DNA of 64,000 nt from Nitrososphaeria archaeon. GTDB lineage: Archaea > Thermoproteota > Nitrososphaeria > Nitrososphaerales > JAAOZN01. The notes under the pieces were generated by a model. The model searched no databases and had not been told where the DNA came from. It was given only the letters and a program-made list of their open reading frames with translations. This document shows positions 1 through 10,648 of the stretch, piece by piece. Positions within the stretch are counted from its first letter, which is position 1, and the number at the start of each line of letters is the position of its first letter. The position numbers were made by a program, and so were the translations under genes. The DNA lies in NCBI GenBank assembly GCA_029775855.1, contig JARVJZ010000002.1, positions 224,001 to 288,000 on the forward strand. Direction: 5' to 3'.

Positions 1-1075
1 TGAGTATGTATTTAGCGAAATCCATTGAGGAGATTTTGAGCCTTTCTATGCTGGTTAGAACTAAGTTTGTGCCTTCTGGTTTTATGCAGAATAATCCAGG
101 AACTTCGTTGAATCTTTTGATCACATAGTCTCTGTTCTTCTGCAGTTTTGAGGTTGTTTGCTTTAGATGTCTTTTCTCCCATTCTTCTTCTAGGGCTGCT
201 GCTGCGCCGTATTGTATGAAGTTTGGCACGCCCATTGAACTATAGGTTAGTGGTAAGACCATTCTTTCGATTATCTCTTTGTTGGCTATGGCGTAGCCAA
301 GTCTGAAGTTCAGCATAAAGTATAGTTTTGAGAAGCTGTGTATTGATATGACTTTATCTCTTATTTCTTTGAAGGTTAATAATGAGGTGTGTTTTCTACC
401 GTCAAATGTAAACCCATCATAGACTTCATCGTGTAGAATTAGAAGGTCGTGTTCTTTGGCTAACTTAGCTATGCCTTTTAACTCATCTTCGGTTAAGACT
501 CTGCCGGTTGGGTTATGAGGAGAGCAGATGACTATCATCTTAGTCTTTGAAGTTATCTTCTCCTCAAATTTCTCAGAAGCGTGCTTAAAGTTATCTTCAT
601 AAGATAATGGTATAAAGACATTCTTGCCTGAAGCGAGCTCGACAGGTATGTCAAAGAAGAAGTTAGGTGTAACCATAATTACCTCGTCGCCTGGGTTTAT
701 GAGTGCTTGCATAGCGAAGTAGATCGCTTGCATACTCCCAGCTGTAACCAGCACTTCTGATTCAGGGTCAACTTCGACTCCTGTGAACCATTTAGCTCTT
801 TTAGATATGGCTTCTCTTAGTTTGCTTTCGCCAAGGAAGTGTGCAACCGCTCCGCTGGCTCTACTCTTTAGAGCCTTCAGCTGTTCATCCATAAGGTGCT
901 TTGGTGGTTTTGTTGATGATACGCTTTCAGCGTGTAGAAGTATTTTTTCGCCTTTTGCTAGCATGTTTGCAGCCATTTCCATAATGACTTCTGTGCCGAA
1001 GGGTTCTCCAGTCTCCTTAACGCTTTGAGTCCGCTTCCATAGATCGTGAATTCTTGTTGCAAAATAGTGATGCAT
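1..1075 (-). CDS. PLP-dependent aminotransferase class I/II (aspartate aminotransferase-like), 3' end runs off the window
   Basis: Not in the ORF track. Manual translation from ATG at 1075: MHHYFATRIHDLWKR...VLVTAGSMQAIYFAMQALINPGDEV...CSPHNPTG...ILHDEVYD...SFSKLYFMLNFRLGY (PLP-lysine motif). Confidence 0.85.
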   Translation of the reverse strand, partial: MHHYFATRIHDLWKRTQSVKETGEPFGTEVIMEMAANMLAKGEKILLHAESVSSTKPPKHLMDEQLKALKSRASGAVAHFLGESKLREAISKRAKWFTGVEVDPESEVLVTAGSMQAIYFAMQALINPGDEVIMVTPNFFFDIPVELASGKNVFIPLSYEDNFKHASEKFEEKITSKTKMIVICSPHNPTGRVLTEDELKGIAKLAKEHDLLILHDEVYDGFTFDGRKHTSLLTFKEIRDKVISIHSFSKLYFMLNFRLGYAIANKEIIERMVLPLTYSSMGVPNFIQYGAAAALEEEWEKRHLKQTTSKLQKNRDYVIKRFNEVPGLFCIKPEGTNLVLTSIERLKISSMDFAKYIL

Positions 1076-1187
1076 ATTTTAAGCCTCCAGCTTTGTGTTA
1101 TTTATAATTTTAAGATTTGAAAGGTAAAGTTGGGTTAGAAAGGTTTATACAAAAAGATGGGACGATGGTGCTTAGGTTAAAGGAGGG

Positions 1188-1754
1188 ATGAAAGAAATGA
1201 ACGGAGGCGAAGCGACTCAGCAGAAGGTTGAGAAAGAATCTCAAGAGCAGAGTGAAGAGGAGGTTCTTAGAGCCAAGGTCTCTCTTCTTGAAGAAAAGAT
1301 TAAAGAATGTGAAAAGAAGTCAGAAATTTATCTTACTCAACTTAAATACCTTCAAGCCGATTTTGAAAACTATCGTAAAAGATTTGAGGTTGAATTAGAG
1401 CGTAAAGTAGCACTTTTCAAAGAGGCTCTAATGCTTAACCTTATCCCTATAAAAGAGGATTTAGAACGAGCTATAGCGGCTCTGAGTGACAAGAATTCCT
1501 CACTGTTGGAGGGGGTGAAGGTGGTTGCTGAGAATCTTAAAGCTGTGCTCTCTAAGGAGGGGTTAGAGGAGATAGAGGCGTTAGGTGCCAAGTTTGACCC
1601 TAACCTACACGAAGCCTACTCTTATGTAAGCAAAGAAGACTGTGAAGATGGTGTTATAACTTCTGTGATAAGAAAAGGTTATAAACTGAACGGTAAAGTT
1701 ATAAGAGCGAGCTTAGTAGAAGTTAATAAAAGAGAAGAAGCAGCGCAGAATTAA
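1188..1754 (+). CDS. grpE: Nucleotide exchange factor GrpE
   Basis: ADFENYRKR, FDPNLHEA and RKGYKLNGKVIRASLVEV motifs; directly upstream of dnaK. Confidence 0.97.
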   Translation: MKEMNGGEATQQKVEKESQEQSEEEVLRAKVSLLEEKIKECEKKSEIYLTQLKYLQADFENYRKRFEVELERKVALFKEALMLNLIPIKEDLERAIAALSDKNSSLLEGVKVVAENLKAVLSKEGLEEIEALGAKFDPNLHEAYSYVSKEDCEDGVITSVIRKGYKLNGKVIRASLVEVNKREEAAQN

Positions 1755-1805
1755 TAATTTAATAGAATAAAATATAGATAGTAAGAAGTAGAGAGGGTGG
1801 TGGTT

Positions 1806-3644
1806 ATGGCAAAGATAATCGGAATAGACTTAGGCACCAGCAACTCAGCAGCAGCAGTACTGCTAGGAGGCAGACCAACAATTATACCCAGCGCAGAAGG
1901 GACTACTCTTGGAGGCAAAGCCTTCCCCTCAGTAGTAGCCTTCACTAAAGATGGGCAACTCTTAGTAGGTGAACCGGCTCGTAGACAAGCTATAACTAAC
2001 CCTGAAGGCACGGTCTTTGCAATCAAGAGAAAGATGGGCACGGACTATAAGGTGAGGATTTTTGGCAAAGAGTATACTCCTCAGCAGATTTCTGCGTTCA
2101 TACTTCAGAAGATAAAGCGTGATGCAGAAGCCTTCTTAGGTGAGAAAGTGGAGAAGGCGGTGATAACGGTTCCAGCCTACTTTAACGATAATCAGAGGCA
2201 AGCTACCAAGGATGCTGGTGAAATCGCTGGTCTTGAGGTTGTTAGGATCATAAACGAACCTACTGCAGCCTCCTTAGCGTATGGGTTAGATAAAGCGGGC
2301 AAAGAGCTGAAGATTATGGTCTTTGACCTCGGTGGTGGTACGCTCGATGTGACTATTATGGAGTTCGGCGGTGGCGTCTTTGAGGTTAAGTCAACAAGCG
2401 GGGATACACAGCTAGGCGGCACAGATATGGATAATGTGCTTACACAATACCTCATAGAGCAGTTTAGAAGGGAGACTGGTATAGACATCTCAAATGACCG
2501 CGTTGCCGTTCAGAGGGTTAGGGAGGCAGCTGAAAAGGCTAAGATTGAGCTCTCGACACTGCTTACAACCGAGATAAATATACCGTTTCTGGCCAGCGAT
2601 GCAAGCGGCCCTAAGCATTTAACGACTACTCTCACGAGGGCTAAGCTCGAAGAGCTCGTTAGACCTATTGTGGAGAAGTGTAGAGGACCAATGATGCAGG
2701 CTTTGGCTGATGCTAAACTTAGACCTGAGGATATAGATAAGATAATTCTTGTAGGTGGTCCTACCAGAATGCCTATTGTGAGAGAGTTCGTGAAGCAGGT
2801 TATGGGGAAGGAGCCAGAGCGGGGCATAGACCCTATGGAATGTGTGGCTATGGGTGCAGCTATTCAAGGAGGGATAATAGCTGGTGAGATAACTGACATA
2901 GTCCTCTTAGATGTTACTCCGCTTTCTCTTGGTGTTGAAACGCTCGGCGGCATATTTACGAAGATCATTGAGCGAAACACAACTATACCGACGAGGCGTA
3001 GCCAGATCTTTACTACAGCAGCAGACTTCCAGACTACAGTGACTATCCATGTGCTTCAAGGCGAGAGACCTATGGCTGCGGATAACATTTCACTAGGAAT
3101 GTTCCACCTTACTGGCATACCACCAGCCCCAAGGGGTGTGCCTCAGATAGAGGTCACCTTTGATATAGATGCAAACGGTATCTTGAATGTTTCAGCAAAG
3201 GATTTAGCGACTGGTAAAGAGCAGAAGGTCACTATTACTGCGGCGACAAAACTTTCGAAGGAAGAGAAGGAGAGGCTTATAAAAGAAGCTGAAAGGTTTG
3301 CTGAGGAGGACAAGAAGAAGAGGGAACTAGCTGAGGCTCAAAACGCTGCTGACTCCGTTTTATATACCGCTGAGAAGACTAAAGCAGATTTGGCATCAAA
3401 GCTTACGCAAGAGCAAGTATCTAAAATAGACCAAGCGGTCAAAAGCCTCAAAGACGCTCTACAGAGCAAAGATATACAGAAGATCAAGAGTAAGACAGAT
3501 GAACTCGCAAAAGTTCTGCAGGAGATAGGCAGCTATGTCTATCAGCAGACTGCTCAGCAGCAAACTGCTCAAGCTACAAAGCCCGAAGGAGATAAGAAGG
3601 TGGTCGACGCAGATTATAAGGTAGTCGATGAAGAGAAGCGTTGA
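1806..3644 (+). CDS. dnaK: Chaperone DnaK (Hsp70)
   Basis: [27 protein letters not shown] and DVTPLSLG motifs. Likely start is ATG 1806 (ORF track starts at 1797). Confidence 0.99.
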   Translation: MAKIIGIDLGTSNSAAAVLLGGRPTIIPSAEGTTLGGKAFPSVVAFTKDGQLLVGEPARRQAITNPEGTVFAIKRKMGTDYKVRIFGKEYTPQQISAFILQKIKRDAEAFLGEKVEKAVITVPAYFNDNQRQATKDAGEIAGLEVVRIINEPTAASLAYGLDKAGKELKIMVFDLGGGTLDVTIMEFGGGVFEVKSTSGDTQLGGTDMDNVLTQYLIEQFRRETGIDISNDRVAVQRVREAAEKAKIELSTLLTTEINIPFLASDASGPKHLTTTLTRAKLEELVRPIVEKCRGPMMQALADAKLRPEDIDKIILVGGPTRMPIVREFVKQVMGKEPERGIDPMECVAMGAAIQGGIIAGEITDIVLLDVTPLSLGVETLGGIFTKIIERNTTIPTRRSQIFTTAADFQTTVTIHVLQGERPMAADNISLGMFHLTGIPPAPRGVPQIEVTFDIDANGILNVSAKDLATGKEQKVTITAATKLSKEEKERLIKEAERFAEEDKKKRELAEAQNAADSVLYTAEKTKADLASKLTQEQVSKIDQAVKSLKDALQSKDIQKIKSKTDELAKVLQEIGSYVYQQTAQQQTAQATKPEGDKKVVDADYKVVDEEKR

Positions 3645-3650
3645 GCATAG

Positions 3651-4745
3651 TTGAGCGGCAAAAAAGACTACTATGAGATACTTGGAGTTCCTAGGAATGC
3701 GACTAAGGAGGAGATAAAGGCAGCTTATAGAAAGCTCGCGTTACAATATCATCCAGACAGAAATAAGTCGCCTGAAGCCGAAGAGAAGTTTAAAGAGATC
3801 TCTGAGGCTTATGCGGTGCTTTCCGACGATGAGAAGAGGGCTCAGTATGATCAATTTGGGCATATGGGTATAGGTAGCAGATACACTGCTGAAGACATCT
3901 TTAGAAACGCAGACTTTGAGAGCATATTCAGAGATTTAGGTTTTGACTTCGGCTTTGACGATCTCTTTTCTAGATTCTTCGGTGGTAGGCGTGTATATGA
4001 AGAAGAGAAGGGGAGAGATATTGCTATACCTCTGACGATAACACTTGAAGAAGCTGCATTTGGGGCTACAAAAGAGGTTCAAGTCCCTAGAACAGAGAGG
4101 TGTAATTCTTGCGGTGGAAGCGGAGCGAGACGGGGAACTTCGCCGACTCTATGCCCACAGTGTCATGGTAGGGGACAAGTGCAGTATACGCGTATGATGG
4201 GATTTGCGCAAATAATTACAACCACTACTTGCAGTGCTTGTGGTGGGCGCGGCTCTATAATTCAAAACCCCTGCCCAGAGTGTAAGGGTAGCGGTCTTGT
4301 TGATGTCTTCAGAAAGGTGAAGGTTGATGTGCCGGCTGGCGTTGATGAAGGCTTCAGCTTAAGGCTTAGAGGTGAAGGAGATGTGCATCCTCAAACTAAG
4401 AAGGCTGGAGACCTATACCTAACCATTCACATAGCTCCTCATAAATACTTCAAGAGGGAAGGAGATGATTTAATCTTTGAGACGCAAATAAGCTTTCCTC
4501 AAGCAGCTCTAGGCAGTGAAATAGCCATACCAACCCTAAACGGGCACACTTGGCTTAAAATACCTCCGGGCACACAAAGCGGCACCATCATCAGACTAAG
4601 AGGTAAGGGTATGCCCAAGCTTAGAAACAAATTTAGTCGTGGAGACCTTTTGGTTAAAGTTAATGTGAAGGTTCCAACCAAGCTCACCGAGAAGCAGAAG
4701 GTTCTCCTAAAGGAACTCGAAAAAGAGCTTGAGAAGAGTGATTAG
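3651..4745 (+). CDS. dnaJ: Chaperone DnaJ
   Basis: J domain with HPD, G/F-rich region, four CxxCxGxG repeats, C-terminal domain. Confidence 0.98.
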   Translation: MSGKKDYYEILGVPRNATKEEIKAAYRKLALQYHPDRNKSPEAEEKFKEISEAYAVLSDDEKRAQYDQFGHMGIGSRYTAEDIFRNADFESIFRDLGFDFGFDDLFSRFFGGRRVYEEEKGRDIAIPLTITLEEAAFGATKEVQVPRTERCNSCGGSGARRGTSPTLCPQCHGRGQVQYTRMMGFAQIITTTTCSACGGRGSIIQNPCPECKGSGLVDVFRKVKVDVPAGVDEGFSLRLRGEGDVHPQTKKAGDLYLTIHIAPHKYFKREGDDLIFETQISFPQAALGSEIAIPTLNGHTWLKIPPGTQSGTIIRLRGKGMPKLRNKFSRGDLLVKVNVKVPTKLTEKQKVLLKELEKELEKSD

Positions 4746-4946
4746 TAGTTAAGTTTATTTGTGCCCTAAGCATAATATCTACATGTCTCGTGATGAACAA
4801 TGGCTAACCAATACTTTACATCTAGAAGGATAAGTCTGATACTTAGAATCAGTAGGCAAAGTTGTGCAAGATGCTTCTTCTGCTACTCACACTGCCCTAG
4901 GAATAGATTCAAGCACAAGAGTATAAATTTGAACCGCTAACTCAGC

Positions 4947-5588
4947 TTATTTGATGGTTTGTTGTAGTTTATTCTTTAATATAGCTACTGCTGCCTCCAA
5001 AGCTTCGATGCCCTCTTTTGTCAGAGGTAGTTTTAAGTAAATTTCTCCCGCGGAGAGCTCTATGTAGCCGCTCTCTTTTTTAACTTCGTGTTTGGGTTGC
5101 GTTTCCTCCTTTAAGCTCGGTTTAGATTTTAGGTGTAGTATGTCATTTTGATAGGCGCTTCTTATCCACGCCTCTTTCGCTTTTGCTTCTTCTATACTTG
5201 CACCCGTTATCTTTGCCAGCTCTTCAGCAAAGCCTTGCTGTGGAAGTTCTAGCCCAAACCTTAGATAGAGTTCATGCCATAATGGTATGTTTGTTATTGC
5301 TTTTTCGAAAGCTCTTTCTTCTTCGCTTCTATCTTTCGGATAGGCTAAAGTAGAACCTAACTCTGTAATATAGATCTTACCTCGCCCATCTACTAACCCG
5401 TAAGCCCTTAAAGCTGTAAGCTTTAATAAGAATGCTCCGCTTCTAGCTGATGTATGGTTTAATGCAATAGCTACCGCGTTAAGGTCGTCGATCTCATTTT
5501 CTTGAAACCTATTATATAATCTTCTAACAGCATCTATGAGTGTGGGGTAAATTCGAATAGTAGGCACAGTATATCTGCCGATGCGCAA
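4947..5588 (-). CDS. Hypothetical protein, probable winged-helix DNA-binding domain
   Basis: The ORF-track 5' extension overlaps livG antisense; a plausible start is TTG 5588. The segment VAIALNHTSARSGAFLLKLTALRAYGLVDGRGKIYITELG looks like a wHTH recognition helix plus wing. Confidence 0.6.
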   Translation of the reverse strand: MRIGRYTVPTIRIYPTLIDAVRRLYNRFQENEIDDLNAVAIALNHTSARSGAFLLKLTALRAYGLVDGRGKIYITELGSTLAYPKDRSEEERAFEKAITNIPLWHELYLRFGLELPQQGFAEELAKITGASIEEAKAKEAWIRSAYQNDILHLKSKPSLKEETQPKHEVKKESGYIELSAGEIYLKLPLTKEGIEALEAAVAILKNKLQQTIK

Positions 5589-5688
5589 GCCTTCTAAATC
5601 CTCTTTACAGAAAAGAAAAACTCGAACAAATATTAACATTACTTCTACTCGGTAACCCTTATTTAAGCCTTTGACAAATAGTAGAAGG

Positions 5689-6414
5689 ATGTCTACACAA
5701 ACACTACTCACAGTAAAGAATGTTACTAAGAGATTCGGTGGGCTAGTAGCTTTAAACGATGTAAGCTTCGAAATCAAAGAGAAAGAGATCGTTGGAATAA
5801 TCGGACCAAACGGAGCCGGCAAGACCACACTCTTTAACGTCATAACAGGCTTCTACCATCCAGACGCTGGACGCATAATATTCAATGGCGTAGACATAAC
5901 AAAGTTTAGACCAGACCAGATCTGTAGTTTAGGTTTGACACGCACCTTTCAACTCGTTAAACCCTTTAAAGATCTAACCGTATTTGAAAACATCTTGATT
6001 GGCGCTCTGCTTAAAAGAAGTAAAGCGGCAGCGGTAGAAAAGGCTGAGAAGGTGTTAAAAGATTTAGACTTAGAGAAGATGCGTAATATTCCGGTTAAAA
6101 ATATACCTATTGCTGAAAGGAAGATCGTAGAGGCAGCAAGGGCGTTGGCAACCGAGCCTAAGATGCTTCTTTTGGATGAGGTTGCTGCTGGTCTAAACCC
6201 TACAGAGACCGTAAAGATTTTAGAAACTTTGAAGAAGGTAAGAGAGCAAGGTGTTACACTTTGCTTAGTTGAACATGTTATGCGGTTCATTATGGGCATT
6301 TCCGAGCGGATATTAGTTTTGGATAGAGGTGTAAAGATAGCTGAAGGCCCACCCTCAGAAATAGCGGCTAATGAGTCGGTGATACAAGCTTATCTAGGTG
6401 TTAAATATGCTTGA
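5689..6414 (+). CDS. livG: Branched-chain amino acid ABC transporter ATPase, LivG-like
   Basis: FGGLVAL, GPNGAGKTT, LLLDEVAAGLN, VEHVM and VIQAYLG motifs. Confidence 0.93.
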   Translation: MSTQTLLTVKNVTKRFGGLVALNDVSFEIKEKEIVGIIGPNGAGKTTLFNVITGFYHPDAGRIIFNGVDITKFRPDQICSLGLTRTFQLVKPFKDLTVFENILIGALLKRSKAAAVEKAEKVLKDLDLEKMRNIPVKNIPIAERKIVEAARALATEPKMLLLDEVAAGLNPTETVKILETLKKVREQGVTLCLVEHVMRFIMGISERILVLDRGVKIAEGPPSEIAANESVIQAYLGVKYA

Positions 6415-7105
6415 AGTAAATGCGCTAAACGTCTCATACGGAGAGATTCAAGTGCTTTGGGATGTCTCCCTAAAAGTGGAGCAAGGAGAGATCATTGCAC
6501 TCATAGGCTCTAACGGCGCTGGTAAAACAACCCTACTCAAGACCATAGCTGGGCTTCTTAAACCAACATCCGGTTCTATAAATTATTTCAACGAGCGGTT
6601 AGATAAACTGCCGCCACACAAAATAGTGGAAAAAGGCGTAGCATTAGTGCCTGAGGGTAGAGGGCTTTTCCCGCATATGACAGTATACGAAAATCTGCTC
6701 ATGGGCGCTTACACACAGCGTCAAAACAGCAAAGAAATACTAAGCTGGGTCTATGAGATATTCCCTATATTAAAAGAGAGGGCAAACCAGCAAGCATCCA
6801 CACTAAGCGGTGGAGAGCAACAGATGCTAGCAATAGGACGGAGCTTAATGAGCAACCCAAAGTTCCTTATGTTAGATGAACCTTCACAAGGCTTAGGTCC
6901 TAAAATAGTTCTTAAGATACTTGATACGGTTAAGCAGATCAACAGTAGGGGTGTCACGATAATGTTGGTTGAGCAGAGCGTGCCTTTCGCTCTTGAGTTA
7001 GCTAATAGAGTCTACGTGCTTGAGAACGGTAAAATTGTTCACAGCGGCAGAAGTGAGGAAATAAGAAATCTTGAAGATGTTAAGAAGGCATATTTAGGCA
7101 TATGA
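6407..7105 (+). CDS. livF: Branched-chain amino acid ABC transporter ATPase, LivF-like
   Basis: GSNGAGKTT, VPEGRGLF, LSGGEQQML and LDEPSQGL motifs. Confidence 0.93.
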   Translation: MLEVNALNVSYGEIQVLWDVSLKVEQGEIIALIGSNGAGKTTLLKTIAGLLKPTSGSINYFNERLDKLPPHKIVEKGVALVPEGRGLFPHMTVYENLLMGAYTQRQNSKEILSWVYEIFPILKERANQQASTLSGGEQQMLAIGRSLMSNPKFLMLDEPSQGLGPKIVLKILDTVKQINSRGVTIMLVEQSVPFALELANRVYVLENGKIVHSGRSEEIRNLEDVKKAYLGI

Positions 7106-7156
7106 GATGTTGTTGGATAGTGAAGCATAAATAACACATAAGGGTTACAAATATTA

Positions 7157-7804
7157 TTGGTTAGTTTGTGGACTCCGGTGGAAAGATTTGATGTAGTAAT
7201 AGCTGGCGTTGGTGGTCAAGGCACAATTTTAGCCTCACGAATAATAGGCAGAGCAGCAGTTATAGCTGGGCTTAAAGTGAGGGGCTCTGAGCTTTTAGGT
7301 ATGTCCCAAAGAGGAGGAGCAGTTTATAGCCACGTAAGATTTGGCACTAAAGTCGAGGCGCCGATAATACCTGAAGGTGCTGCTCATATACTTCTAAGTT
7401 TTGAACCTGCAGAAGGGCTTAGATACCTGCACTACCTCTCAAAGAACAGCCTAATACTGGTAAACACAAAACCCATAATACCTCAAACGGTTTCATCTGG
7501 ATTAAGTAAATACCCTGAGTTAGAACATATACTACAGCACTATCGAAGCTACGCTACAACGATAACGCTAGACGCAACAGCACTAGCGATTCAAGCAGGA
7601 AACCCCATAGCTACTAACAGTGCTATGATAGGTGCAATGGTCGGCTCTGGGAGATTCCCTTTACCCGCTGAAGTAATGCTTCAAGCAATAGAAGAGTCGG
7701 TAAGAAAGAGCCTCTTTGATGTAAATAAGAAAGCTTTCTACTTAGGTTTCGAGAAAGCTAAGCAGCTCTTGGAATCTGAGAGTAAAGAGGCAGTCGCAGT
7801 ATAA
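7157..7804 (+). CDS. iorB: Indolepyruvate:ferredoxin oxidoreductase beta subunit
   Basis: AGVGGQGTILAS and GMSQRGGAVYSHVRFG motifs. Confidence 0.93.
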   Translation: MVSLWTPVERFDVVIAGVGGQGTILASRIIGRAAVIAGLKVRGSELLGMSQRGGAVYSHVRFGTKVEAPIIPEGAAHILLSFEPAEGLRYLHYLSKNSLILVNTKPIIPQTVSSGLSKYPELEHILQHYRSYATTITLDATALAIQAGNPIATNSAMIGAMVGSGRFPLPAEVMLQAIEESVRKSLFDVNKKAFYLGFEKAKQLLESESKEAVAV

Positions 7805-7824
7805 ATAATGGTTGGTGAAAAAAG

Positions 7825-9768
7825 ATGAGTTTAAGATCTTTAAGTGGGAGAAAAGAAGGTGAAAAGGTTCTCTTAATGGGGAACGAAGCTATAGCTTGGG
7901 GCGCTGTAGAAGGCGGGGTAGCGGTAGCAGCTGGTTATCCAGGCACACCATCCTCAGAAATAATAGACAGTTTGGCTGAGGTCGCAGGAGAGCACAACAT
8001 CTACGTTGAATGGTCTACGAATGAGAAGGTCGCTCTTGAGGTAGCGTTGGCCGCTTCATACTGCAAGCTTAGAAGCATGACATCTATGAAGCACGTTGGG
8101 TTAAATGTGGCACATGACTCATTTATGACCGCAGCGCACATAGGCGCAAGGGGAGGGTTTGTAGTAGTTTCTTGTGACGACCCTGGTGCTTGGAGCTCGC
8201 AGAATGAACAGGATAATAGGTATATAGCGATGCAAGCGTATGTTCCAGTCTTTGAGCCTTATACTCCAGATGAAGCGAAGAAGATGATGGTTTACGCATT
8301 CCAATATTCTGAGGATTATGGGCAGCCAGTCATGTTAAGAAGCACAACCAGAGTTAGCCACGCCACCTCTGAAGTCGAGTTAGGTGTTGTGCAGAAGCTT
8401 GAACGTAAACCTGTATGGGAGAAGAGACCAGATCTGCTAGTATATGACTCTGCTGGCGCTAGGAGAAACAGAGTTGAGATGGTAAAGCGGTTCGAGAGAA
8501 TTGTAAGGGAAGTCGATAAGGTGCCTTTCAATAAACTGATGCTGGTTGATGGGTCTAAGAAGGGCATTGTAGCTTCTGGGTTAGCGTATGGTTATGTTAA
8601 AGAAGCTTTAAACTTACTTAACTTAGACGATAAAGTTTCTCTGCTTAAGTTGGGTATGACATACCCAATACCTAAAGGGTTGATTAAGAATCTTTTAGAT
8701 AGCGTTGAGGAGCTGCTTGTAGTTGAGGAGTTAGAGCCGATAGCTGAAAACTTAATCAAAGCTTACGCAGCGGATCAAGGTTACAAGATACGCTTCCACG
8801 GCAAAGATCTCATACCTCTAATAGGTGAACTAACGACAAAACCAGTAGTGCAGGCGCTTACAAAATTCTTAGGTGTTGAATCTCCGATAGACTATGATGA
8901 GGTAAGTAGGCTATCAGAAGCTGCTGCTCGACTCCCACCAACACGCCCACCTGTGCTCTGCCCCGGCTGCCCACATAGGGCATCATACTTCTCACTTAAG
9001 AAGGTCTCTACTAGAGTGGCAAATAACCCTAAGCGCTTCGGTTTAGAGCAAGTCTTCGGCGAATCTACTTCACCTATTTACCCAGGGGATATAGGTTGCT
9101 ATGGTTTAGCATACTTGCCACCATTCAAGGCGATAGACCTCGCTATAAGTATGGGTGGAGGGCTAGGCTTCGCTAACGGATTAGCTCACATAGTAAAAGC
9201 GCCTATAGTCGTAAGCATAGGTGACTCAACATTCTTCCACGCGGGCATACCAGCACTAATAAACGCTGTACACCACAAAGCAAGAATGGTTATAGTCATA
9301 CTGGATAACGACGTGACTGCGATGACAGGCGAACAACCTACACCAGGCTCTGCTGTTAATGCTTTAGGTCAACCCGCACCTCGAGTTATGCTTGAAGACC
9401 TTGCTAGAGGCTGCGGCGTAAGCTATGTGCAGGTGGTAGACCCAAGTGACTTTAAAAGAAGCCAAGAGGTGCTGGAAGAAGCGATGAAAGTGGATGGTCC
9501 AGCGGTGGTAATCTTTAGGAGACCTTGTGAGCTTGTGAGGACAAGGGAGCAGAGGAGGCAAGGGATCCTACCAGAACCTTATATGGTGAATCAAGCTAAG
9601 TGTACTAAATGCATGGTTTGCATAACGAGTTTTGGATGCCCAGCTATCTATAAGCAAGGCAATTTAATACAGATAGACCCTACGCTATGTACAGGTTGCG
9701 GGGACTGCGCTCAGATCTGTCCTCACGATGCTTTCGTGCAAGCTAAAGCTTTAGTTAAGACGACTTAG
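7825..9768 (+). CDS. iorA: Indolepyruvate:ferredoxin oxidoreductase alpha subunit
   Basis: GYPGTPSSE, MKHVGLNVA, SSQNEQD, LCPGCPHR, GDIGCY, GDSTFFH (TPP site) and a C-terminal 2x[4Fe-4S] domain. Confidence 0.96.
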   Translation: MSLRSLSGRKEGEKVLLMGNEAIAWGAVEGGVAVAAGYPGTPSSEIIDSLAEVAGEHNIYVEWSTNEKVALEVALAASYCKLRSMTSMKHVGLNVAHDSFMTAAHIGARGGFVVVSCDDPGAWSSQNEQDNRYIAMQAYVPVFEPYTPDEAKKMMVYAFQYSEDYGQPVMLRSTTRVSHATSEVELGVVQKLERKPVWEKRPDLLVYDSAGARRNRVEMVKRFERIVREVDKVPFNKLMLVDGSKKGIVASGLAYGYVKEALNLLNLDDKVSLLKLGMTYPIPKGLIKNLLDSVEELLVVEELEPIAENLIKAYAADQGYKIRFHGKDLIPLIGELTTKPVVQALTKFLGVESPIDYDEVSRLSEAAARLPPTRPPVLCPGCPHRASYFSLKKVSTRVANNPKRFGLEQVFGESTSPIYPGDIGCYGLAYLPPFKAIDLAISMGGGLGFANGLAHIVKAPIVVSIGDSTFFHAGIPALINAVHHKARMVIVILDNDVTAMTGEQPTPGSAVNALGQPAPRVMLEDLARGCGVSYVQVVDPSDFKRSQEVLEEAMKVDGPAVVIFRRPCELVRTREQRRQGILPEPYMVNQAKCTKCMVCITSFGCPAIYKQGNLIQIDPTLCTGCGDCAQICPHDAFVQAKALVKTT

Positions 9769-9769
9769 G

Positions 9770-10648
9770 TTAAACTAGCTTCTGAATCAAGCGGTCGGCT
9801 TTTATTCTGTGGAAGGCTAGACCCATTTCTTCCACAGTGAAGCCCATGGCTAACCCGAGTAGCTGAGTGTAGTAGAAGACTGGTATATTGTGGTTCTTCT
9901 TAGCTTTAAGGTTCACTTCAACTTGTCCTGCATCATATTGTAGGAAGCATGTTGGGCATATTGTGACCAAACCATCTACACCAAGTTCGCCTAATTCAGT
10001 AAGTTTTTCGTCTAACGCTGCCAGCATCTTGCTTTCATCTATGAATCTTGAGAATGATGCGCAACACAACCTCTCTGTCCTATATCTGATGGGCTCAGCG
10101 CCCAAAGCTCTGATGATTTCGTTAAATGAGATAGGGTCGGATGGATCATCATATTCCTCGAGATCGTGGATAATGTGGCAGCCTAAATGTGGTGCAACTC
10201 TTAAGCCATTTAAAGGCTTAATAATTTGCTTCCGCAACTCTTCGACGCCTATCTTCTTGTAGAGCAGCCAGAGTATGCTCCTAACTTCAGTAGTACCTCT
10301 GTATCTTCGCCCGACGCTATTTAATACGCTATTGACCATATCTCTGAGCTTCTGATTACGCTTCAAGTCTTTATCTACAGCGCTTAAGGTTAGGTTGCAG
10401 CCTGAGCAGATAGTGAGTAGTTCCTTATTCTGCTCTTCAGCTAAAGTTATATTTCTTGCGGCAAGAGCGTACCAAGCGGACTTATCAGCGAAGACCGTTG
10501 AGGTTGGGTCAGGGCAGCAGCTCGCATCGATAAGTGGAGTAACCTTAACACCGAGTCGGTCAAACACCTTTAGAGTGGCAGCCTCGACATGTGGTAGGCG
10601 TGCGGGTATGAAGCAGCCTGTAAATAAAGCGTATTGGAGATCAGCCAA
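9770..10648 (-). CDS. hdrB: Heterodisulfide reductase subunit B-like CCG-domain protein
   Basis: Two CCG domains: FTGC...SCCP...ICSGC and HLGCH...LCCA...ICPTCFLQYD; ends IPVFYYTQLLGLAMG. Confidence 0.88.
   Translation of the reverse strand: MADLQYALFTGCFIPARLPHVEAATLKVFDRLGVKVTPLIDASCCPDPTSTVFADKSAWYALAARNITLAEEQNKELLTICSGCNLTLSAVDKDLKRNQKLRDMVNSVLNSVGRRYRGTTEVRSILWLLYKKIGVEELRKQIIKPLNGLRVAPHLGCHIIHDLEEYDDPSDPISFNEIIRALGAEPIRYRTERLCCASFSRFIDESKMLAALDEKLTELGELGVDGLVTICPTCFLQYDAGQVEVNLKAKKNHNIPVFYYTQLLGLAMGFTVEEMGLAFHRIKADRLIQKLV

Noticed and set aside
4790-4839. Possible C/D box sRNA (GTGATGA...CTGA, 50 nt) after dnaJ
   Set aside because: No recognisable D'/C' boxes or terminal stem; cannot be supported without a target search.
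5589-5843. N-terminal extension of ORF 4947-5843
   Set aside because: Mostly the antisense reading of livG; the real start is probably near 5588.
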